This document shows positions 16,465 through 23,521 of a DNA stretch of 32,268 nucleotides, piece by piece; within the stretch, counting starts at the first letter, position 1, and each line of letters begins with the position of its first letter. Origin of the DNA: a virus (lineage: Duplodnaviria > Caudoviricetes). A model generated the notes under the pieces. That model worked only from the letters and a program-made list of their open reading frames with translations. It was not told the origin of the DNA and did not search any database. The stretch lies in the IMG/VR virus record IMGVR_UViG_3300012940_000069, positions 1 through 32,268 of that record; one strand, 5' to 3'. The position numbers and the translations under genes are program-made.

Positions 16465-19400
16465 AGTTCTCCCTCCGTGGGAGGAAGCCAAGAAGACTTC
16501 TTCCCCTCCGCCTCCGTGGGAAGAAGCTCGAAACGCTCTTCCACCTCCCTGGGAAGAGGCTCAGGCTTCGGCTTCGACTTCGACTCAGGGTTCTCTTCCT
16601 CCTCCCTGGGAGGAAGCTCAGGGTTCTCCGCCAATTGATACATCACTTGACCAGCCTTCGCCTCTTGATCGTCAAGGGAAGTTTCTGTCGAATGTCTATA
16701 GCCCGCAAGCGGCTATCGGGTCTGCCCTGTTGAACGTAGCAAATAAAACAGCATCAGGGCTAAATAGAACAATAATCAGTTCTTTGAGAGGTATTCCGGA
16801 GCTAGCGGAAGTTATTCAAAACACTGGTGCTGATGAACCTTTTCAGCCAACCTGGAAGGCGCCTGTAAGTTCAATGCTTGTAGGTGTTAATAAGCTTTTG
16901 AAGAAACTCGAGGACGAGGTTACACTTCCGCCAGACCCAAACGCAGCTTGGTATGAACAACTTCCTGAAGCGTTTGGTAGTGCTGTAGGATTTATGGGCC
17001 TTGGTTGGGCTGCTGGTGCGGCAGGGTTTACACCTACACTTGCATCTGCTGCTCTCGGCGGTGCAGCTGGCGCAGTTGACCAGTATGACGATGCAATCGC
17101 TCATGGCGCTACACCAGAGCAAGCTGCTATTGCCTATGCAGGAGGAGCAGCCTTTGGCTTGACAGAAGCAGTTCCTGGAGGGATATTTCTTAATAAGCTT
17201 AATCAACTTACGAAGGGAAAGGTTTACGAAGCCATTAAGGCTTATAATCTTAGCGGAGAGACAGGGGTTACACTGGAAACCGTAAAAGGGTTCTTTACGG
17301 AAGCTATTCAAGAAGGTGTACAAACTATCGGATCGAATTGGGTTGCTAGCGACCTTGCGGGCTATGACCCAACAAGAACGCTCGGTGAGAACTTTTGGGA
17401 AAGCGTAGTAACAGGTGGGGTTGTTGGGAGCTTCATTGGAGGAGGACTTGCCCTTATTCGTAAAGGTCAAAGGAATGAAATACTTGCTGCATTGGAGGCT
17501 GAGCGGCGGGCGAAACTTGCAAGTAACGATCCCATTAATTTTATTGAAGGACAGTTTACTCCTGTTGGAGATCTTGTTCGCCTGCGTGGCATTCACGAGG
17601 AGCTTCGTCAGAGGCTTGAGGAGCGTAAGGAAACAGCTCATCAGGAGTTCTTAGTTCCTAAAGAGGGTACGGATATAATTCCTTACAGCTTTCAAGAGCC
17701 TCGTCACGTCGGTTACGACGCGGAAGCTGATAAGGACAAGGCACTAGCGCTAACACTTTTGGATAAGAAAGTAAGCCCTATCGAAAAAGCGCTTCCAAAA
17801 GCCCAAGACGGTTCAAGCATAACTGTTCGTGAAGCTTTGGAGATAACTCCTGTTGTAGCAGTAGATGCCAATCCTTACGATGAGCTTATCAAAACTATAA
17901 CAACGAACATCGACAAGATTAGCAAGCTGCCTACTGAGGGACTAAGTCCTTCAGCTTTGAAGAAACGGCAGCGAACCCTAGAACTGCTTAAGGGCCGCCG
18001 AATTGACTTGATTGCAAAGCAGCAAATTGCTGATAACTTGCTTGCGCAAGTCAAGTCGTATGCAGCAGTGTTTACAAAGGTCTTGAATCCAGACCTCAAG
18101 CTTATCGTAACCGATGTTCCAACGGTTAAGGAAAAGCTTGCTGGATTCTTTCAGCTAACAAATAATTACAAGATGCTAAATGGAAAGTCCGTCCCCCTCG
18201 GACTGCTCTACGTGGATGTAGACGAACTTGCAACTCAAATTTATCTCGACAAGAAAGCAAAGACAAACGAGCACACACATCGAGCTCGACGGCGTTTGTT
18301 TGAGACGCTTAACCATGAGCTTGGCCACTCGATCGCTACAAATCTTATAGCTCAGATTTTCAGGGACTATGAAAGCCCAGACCAGAAAATAAAGGAAGAT
18401 GCTATTAAGCTTAGTGCAGTCCTTCTTGAAGAATATCAGCGTTGGCTGGAGAAAGCTGCTCAATCTCCTCAGGCATTTTTGTTGTTAACGCAATTTGCTC
18501 CGCAAAGAGCAATAAGTGCTGCAAAGTCAGAGGGCGCAGAAAACATTAACTTGACTCCTATGACAGCGCCCTTGCCAGCAAGCTGGGCTTCAAAGGAGTA
18601 TCTGCTTTCGTTTGACGAGTTCTTTGCAGAAATGACTGCAAGACTTGCCACACAAGAAAGCTTTAGCGACGAGGTGATGACTAGATATTTCAAACCTGTA
18701 ATCGCTCAATATAAGGCTATGTTTGAGCATATGCCTCCGTTTGTTAAGAGCGAGTACGGAAATGACTGGAAGTTGTTCCTTGAAACAAGGAAGTTTGCTT
18801 ATAAGGTAAATGCGGAACTTGAGCGCGTTGCTGCTGCAGGTGGAAGCGATATCATCAAGGTCCTTCGCTACGGCCTTAATGATTTTGATGAGAAGTTTGC
18901 CGGACTACAAGAGCATCTTGATAAGTTTGATAAAATCATCTCGGTGGGGTTTAATCTCCTGCAAATTGTAAAGGAAAACCCTCATATCCCCCACTTACAA
19001 CGTTATCTACAAGCTGTCACAAACTGGGCTGAATATCAGCGCAACTTTCAGGCAGATGCTGTTGACACGCTAAAGGCGTGGAAGAACTTGGGCAAAGTAG
19101 AAGCAGCGCAGCTTGCTGACGTATTGTACGAAGAGGCGCTGAATAAAAAGAGGTTTATAGAAGACGAGCTTGCCCGTAGGCTTACAAATGAGGCACTGGA
19201 CGTATACAAGCAAGTTCGCGGGCAGCTAGATCGTGTACTGGAAGAAATGCGCACTACAGCACTTACTGATGCTGCGCGTACTATTATCGATAGCGAAGAG
19301 CAGCTTAAGCAGGAGATTGCTGGCATAAACGCAGACTTCGACAAGCTTAAGGCGCAAGGGTATTTTCCCTTTATGCGCTTTGGAAATCACACAATAACTG

Positions 19401-22123
19401 CACGTGCGAAGAGAGACTTTAACCACAAGGGAGTTAATTATAAAAAGGGGCAGCTTATTTCCTTTGAGGCATACGAATCTGTAAAGGAACGAGACTTGGC
19501 CTTGGGGGAGCTTCGAAAGGAGTTGGGTGTTAACGCCGTTGTTGCAAGCGGTAAGATGCGTGAGACGGACTTCGTTGTGCAAGGCATGCCACGTGCGCTC
19601 TTGCGAAGCTTGCGAGGGAAGCTAGAAGCTACGAAAAACTTTACCCCAGAACAGGCCGCAGCGTTCGAGCGCTGGGAGGCGCAGGTTGCTCCGTTTAGGA
19701 GTTTCCGTAAACACCTGCTTCGCAAGCGAGGAATTCATGGGTATAGCGAAGACGCCATTCGCAGCTTTGCTTACTATATTCGCTCCGGCGCAGGGCATAT
19801 TGCGAGGGTAAAGTTCGCTGACGATTTGCACGACCCAATTCAAAGCATGCAGCAGGATGTAGCTATCATTCAGGAATACGGTGGTCGCAGCGACGAACGT
19901 CAGGAAATGCGCCACTGGCTGGATAGACACTTCAGCTACATTATGAACCCTGATAATGAGTGGGCGGTGCTGCGTAGCGTTGGGTTCGTAGCGTACTTAG
20001 GGTTTAACGTAAAGTCTGCTGTCGTAAATGGCATGCAGATTCTAACTACCGTCGCGCCATATTTGGCCGCAAGATATGGAGATGTTAAGGCTATAAGTGC
20101 CTTGACAAAGGCAACCTGGACACTAAGGGATTGGGTTGCTAATAGGCAGAAGTTCCTCAATGCAATGGACTCTGCTCAAGACAAGCTTAAAGCAAAGTTG
20201 AGGTATGCGCTGCGTATTGGGAAGATTGAGGGCGGTGCAGCGCACTTTACACTAGATTTTGGCGAGGATTCTCTGTTTGAGGAATTTCTCTCAGACGTAG
20301 GCGGGGAAGTTGATGCCTATGACCTTAGCAAGCTAAAGGTTGCGCCAAACACTCTTGAAGTTAGAAAACTCATTCTGCAAAAGACACTTGAACTGGAACA
20401 GGCTGGGAATCGTGGAAACTTGCAGTCTGGTTCCGGCGAGCTGTTTGGAACGAGAGAATTGCTTGCCCCAGAAGAAATCGTTAGTGAAATCACGATGATG
20501 CTGGAGAGTAACAATATTCCTCCGTTCGACCCGCAGATGGCTGAGGAGCTTGGACTCTATCGTGGAGCACTAGCGCTTGGCTACGATGCAATGCTGATTA
20601 TGGAGTCGGGGGATGACATCAACTCGACGACACTAAGCGTATTTAACAATACGAATAAGATTAAGAAGATCGACAAGAAAACCTTTGAGCGAAATCGAAA
20701 TGCATCTCAAGCTCGAGAGAATCTTAGAGAGAATCGCATTGCGAGGCTCATCGAGCGAGGCAAGCATGAAGGTTGGCTAGATCAGAGCTTGGCAACTGAA
20801 ATTGCAATCGCTGCCTCGGAAAACAATCTTGACCGGGGGCTTTACCTTCCGAAAGTAAGGCGTTTCTGGCACGAAGTCAGCAGGTTCAGCGCTCTTCCAT
20901 TCCACCTGGTTGAAAAGATGAACCGCTACATCACAGCGATCGCTGCTTATGAGCTCGAATTCGCAGAAAGTGGTTCGCACGAAAAGGGCGTGCTCGCTGC
21001 GCGTCAGGCAAACTGGACTGCGAACTACGAGAATGCCAGATGGAACCGCCCCGAATTCATGCGAGGGAAAAAATCTGTGTTTTTCCTCTTCGCTAATTAT
21101 CTGCAAAACACATTGTACTTTGCTACTCATGATCCAGGGGCCCTCCGTTATTGGCTTATGATGATGCTCTTAGGTGGCTTGATGGGGTTGCCAGGGGCAG
21201 AAGACGTAGCAGACCTCGTGGACTTTACGGCTACTTACTTCAGTCGAATCCTTGGGATTAAGGAGCCGAAGACTCAAATCCGTCGGGAACTTCGGGAGCA
21301 CCTCGAAGAGCTTGGCGCTAACCCAGACCTCATTCTTCATGGCATAAGCCAAAGCACCTTTGGACTTGCGCATGTAGGTGAACTCACCGGCATTCCTATC
21401 CCGCATTTGGACCTCTCCCGTAGTGTAGGCATGGGAGACGTAGTACCGCTGACCGAAGTGCCTTCCATGTTTCTTCAGTCTGAGCCGAACGATATTCTTG
21501 TAGCAGCTGCTCGATCCGCAGCGGGCGCGAGTGGAAATCTCGTTGAGTCATACTATCGTGGGCTTCTGTCTGATGATCCCAATGACTGGAAATCCATCGA
21601 GAGAATACTACCACTAGTGGCTGCAAAGAATCTGTCGAAGGCGGCTCGTCTTGCAATTGAAGGGAAAGAAACCACTTCGTCTGGTGATGTAATTGGATCA
21701 TTTGATCTGGGCAACCCAAGGGACCAACTTGAAATTCTAGCACAGGCCCTTGGATTTTCGCCTGCGAGATTGATACTCGGATGGGAGCGTCAAATGGCGC
21801 AGCGCGATATGATTCAATACTACAAAGTCCAACAAGAGGCACTGCTGCGAGACATGAATTGGGCACTCTTCCAGGAAGATCGGGAGGCGCGGGCCGATGC
21901 CCTTGCAAGTATCCGCAAATATAATGAGCAAGTGCCCTTGCCTGAGATGAAAATAGGGACTCAGACAATTCGGGACTCATTTAAGTCTTACCTCGCGAAA
22001 CAAGCAACTTCCGCGCTAGGTTTGGCAGCCGAGAAAAAATATCGTCGCCTGCGTGAGCAAGTTGAGAAATCTTTCCCTGACCCACTTGGCAATGCCGGCA
22101 TGGCCGGAGATTCTGCGCCTTAA
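16454..22123 (+). CDS. Large internal virion/ejection protein, polyvalent (zincin metallopeptidase, PLxRFG region, ART-like insert)
   Basis: 1889 aa. Four PPWEEA repeats, Gly/Ala-rich membrane-like helices, HELGH...EFFAE, YFPFMRFG and LGYDAML...VFNN.NKIK. Confidence 0.85.
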   Translation: MANEVLPPWEEAKKTSSPPPPWEEARNALPPPWEEAQASASTSTQGSLPPPWEEAQGSPPIDTSLDQPSPLDRQGKFLSNVYSPQAAIGSALLNVANKTASGLNRTIISSLRGIPELAEVIQNTGADEPFQPTWKAPVSSMLVGVNKLLKKLEDEVTLPPDPNAAWYEQLPEAFGSAVGFMGLGWAAGAAGFTPTLASAALGGAAGAVDQYDDAIAHGATPEQAAIAYAGGAAFGLTEAVPGGIFLNKLNQLTKGKVYEAIKAYNLSGETGVTLETVKGFFTEAIQEGVQTIGSNWVASDLAGYDPTRTLGENFWESVVTGGVVGSFIGGGLALIRKGQRNEILAALEAERRAKLASNDPINFIEGQFTPVGDLVRLRGIHEELRQRLEERKETAHQEFLVPKEGTDIIPYSFQEPRHVGYDAEADKDKALALTLLDKKVSPIEKALPKAQDGSSITVREALEITPVVAVDANPYDELIKTITTNIDKISKLPTEGLSPSALKKRQRTLELLKGRRIDLIAKQQIADNLLAQVKSYAAVFTKVLNPDLKLIVTDVPTVKEKLAGFFQLTNNYKMLNGKSVPLGLLYVDVDELATQIYLDKKAKTNEHTHRARRRLFETLNHELGHSIATNLIAQIFRDYESPDQKIKEDAIKLSAVLLEEYQRWLEKAAQSPQAFLLLTQFAPQRAISAAKSEGAENINLTPMTAPLPASWASKEYLLSFDEFFAEMTARLATQESFSDEVMTRYFKPVIAQYKAMFEHMPPFVKSEYGNDWKLFLETRKFAYKVNAELERVAAAGGSDIIKVLRYGLNDFDEKFAGLQEHLDKFDKIISVGFNLLQIVKENPHIPHLQRYLQAVTNWAEYQRNFQADAVDTLKAWKNLGKVEAAQLADVLYEEALNKKRFIEDELARRLTNEALDVYKQVRGQLDRVLEEMRTTALTDAARTIIDSEEQLKQEIAGINADFDKLKAQGYFPFMRFGNHTITARAKRDFNHKGVNYKKGQLISFEAYESVKERDLALGELRKELGVNAVVASGKMRETDFVVQGMPRALLRSLRGKLEATKNFTPEQAAAFERWEAQVAPFRSFRKHLLRKRGIHGYSEDAIRSFAYYIRSGAGHIARVKFADDLHDPIQSMQQDVAIIQEYGGRSDERQEMRHWLDRHFSYIMNPDNEWAVLRSVGFVAYLGFNVKSAVVNGMQILTTVAPYLAARYGDVKAISALTKATWTLRDWVANRQKFLNAMDSAQDKLKAKLRYALRIGKIEGGAAHFTLDFGEDSLFEEFLSDVGGEVDAYDLSKLKVAPNTLEVRKLILQKTLELEQAGNRGNLQSGSGELFGTRELLAPEEIVSEITMMLESNNIPPFDPQMAEELGLYRGALALGYDAMLIMESGDDINSTTLSVFNNTNKIKKIDKKTFERNRNASQARENLRENRIARLIERGKHEGWLDQSLATEIAIAASENNLDRGLYLPKVRRFWHEVSRFSALPFHLVEKMNRYITAIAAYELEFAESGSHEKGVLAARQANWTANYENARWNRPEFMRGKKSVFFLFANYLQNTLYFATHDPGALRYWLMMMLLGGLMGLPGAEDVADLVDFTATYFSRILGIKEPKTQIRRELREHLEELGANPDLILHGISQSTFGLAHVGELTGIPIPHLDLSRSVGMGDVVPLTEVPSMFLQSEPNDILVAAARSAAGASGNLVESYYRGLLSDDPNDWKSIERILPLVAAKNLSKAARLAIEGKETTSSGDVIGSFDLGNPRDQLEILAQALGFSPARLILGWERQMAQRDMIQYYKVQQEALLRDMNWALFQEDREARADALASIRKYNEQVPLPEMKIGTQTIRDSFKSYLAKQATSALGLAAEKKYRRLREQVEKSFPDPLGNAGMAGDSAP
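16469..16620 (+). repeat. Four ~18-20-bp coding repeats (PPWEEA)
   Basis: cctcc(g/c)tggga(g/a)ga(a/g)gc occurs four times. Confidence 0.9.
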
Positions 22124-22283
22124 AGGCCGCACGCCAGTAACGAACTGTACGTGGCTCTAAGCCGAGGATTTGTGCGAGGAGCCCTGTACGAACCTTGGAG
22201 TTCAGGGAAAAGAATTCGAAAGGACAACAATAACCACAGGCCTGTACGAGTTCGTAGAAAATCGTTTTACTACGCTTGCCCAT
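21981..22283 (-). CDS. Small HTH protein with Cys pairs (putative regulator)
   Basis: ATG at 22283 overlaps the upstream gene end. HTH-like RTGLLAQILGLEPRTVRYWR, flanked by CGYC and CRHC. Confidence 0.6.
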   Translation of the reverse strand: MGKRSKTIFYELVQACGYCCPFEFFSLNSKVRTGLLAQILGLEPRTVRYWRAAFKAQNLRPCRHCQVGQGKISQLAHAGDDIFSRLPNLARKLLVSRGKT

Positions 22284-23463
22284 TATAAACAAGCCACCAT
22301 TCTTCTTGGTCCTGCAGTTTAAGGAGTATTCTACTCTGCACGCCCGAGGTAACGGCATCAACAAATTCCTTGTGCCCCATTGTCTTAAACAAGAGGCGAA
22401 AGGCCTCGACTTCTTTCAAACGCCCGTAGGAACGGACAAGCTCTACGAGCATATGCGAGTGCTTAGCGTATTGCCCAACTCCAATGAGACTAAAGACCTC
22501 GGGCATATCCGCTTCAAGTGACGTAACGATTTCAGCTGCGGCTGAGAGGTTTTCTGACGTTATAATGAGATCGTCCTTTTCCGCAGCACTGAGTACCATT
22601 GCAAGTTTGTGGATATGAGTTTGCTTTCTTGCAAGGTATCCACTAAACCGCTCATTGTCGAGATGCTTTGGGCGCTCATTGTAATGACGCTCGTACCAAT
22701 TAGAGCCCCACTCAATTGCCTGAGGAGATAGAGTGTAAGGACCTCGAAGGATTGATATAGCTTCAAGGTCGTGCACAAGTTTCCGTTCAAGCTCCCGAAA
22801 CTCAGGCGGAAGCACAGCGCTTGGATAAGCCACAAGCCTGCGTTTACGCTGTGCGTACACGAATACGCACCTGGAAGTAAACCCACCTCCAATAAGATAC
22901 TCTGGAAAGTTTCCGGCGATCCATCCGGGAGTAGTGCAGGCTGCAATGTTAATCCAGGGATTTTCAATTCGATCCGAGCCCTGAGTCTTTGTCCGCTTTT
23001 CCCATACTCCAAGTTGTCCGTCCCATAAGGACACAAGGACATCTACCATTTCCCTATCGTTGGGATTTAAGAACGTACCAAACTCGCTGCTCGCAATCGT
23101 AATACAACTCATCGGGAAGTAGCTCCCGTCCTCCATAGGGACGGATTCGTTTGAGTCCGCCAAGGCTTGTGTAAGGGCCTGCCAAGTAACCGCGTCCGGG
23201 CCGAACTTGATACCTTCGACTTGCTTCAATAAGTTCATTCCGATACTTAGTGTAGTCGACTTGGAAACGATTCCAGGCGGAGCGACGAGGATAATGTAGA
23301 AGTTTGGCGTCCACTGGAAGTACCCTTGGTCAATCCAAACACGGCGGCGTAAAGCACCGGCAATCGTACTTACGCCTACCCAAAAATGGAACTTGTCTGG
23401 AGCCTCCGAGAAGCTGGAATACTGCATATATGCTTTGAGCCAGTTGTCAAGTTGCCGCCCCAC
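22270..23463 (-). CDS. DUF3987-family P-loop ATPase (putative replicative helicase) with a short C-terminal winged-helix-like region
   Basis: SEAP..F..W, NFYIILVAPPGIVSKST, SSEFG, LWDG, GGFTSR and KLAMVL motifs. GAGG SD before the GTG. Confidence 0.8.
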   Translation of the reverse strand: MGRQLDNWLKAYMQYSSFSEAPDKFHFWVGVSTIAGALRRRVWIDQGYFQWTPNFYIILVAPPGIVSKSTTLSIGMNLLKQVEGIKFGPDAVTWQALTQALADSNESVPMEDGSYFPMSCITIASSEFGTFLNPNDREMVDVLVSLWDGQLGVWEKRTKTQGSDRIENPWINIAACTTPGWIAGNFPEYLIGGGFTSRCVFVYAQRKRRLVAYPSAVLPPEFRELERKLVHDLEAISILRGPYTLSPQAIEWGSNWYERHYNERPKHLDNERFSGYLARKQTHIHKLAMVLSAAEKDDLIITSENLSAAAEIVTSLEADMPEVFSLIGVGQYAKHSHMLVELVRSYGRLKEVEAFRLLFKTMGHKEFVDAVTSGVQSRILLKLQDQEEWWLVYNGQA

Positions 23464-23486
23464 CGTAAAACCTCGTCTTATATTTT

Positions 23487-23518
23487 ATAGCAAAAACGGT
23501 TGCGTATTTGCTATCAAC
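23487..23518 (-). repeat. 32-bp palindromic element, copy B
   Basis: Minus strand reads GTTGATAGCAAATACGCAACCGTTTTTGCTAT, in the intergenic gap between the polymerase and DUF3987 genes. Confidence 0.85.
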
Positions 23519-23521
23519 AAC

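Noticed and set aside
16871-17641. 256-aa antisense ORF (also 21396-21980) within the giant ejection gene
   Set aside because: Antisense shadows with no motifs or translation signals.
23487-23518. 32-bp element as a host dif site, sigma54 promoter or standard sigma70 promoter
   Set aside because: The geometry is 11-6-11, but the sequence does not match XerC/XerD arms. It lacks GG-N10-GC, and the TTGATA to TATAAA spacing is 22 bp.
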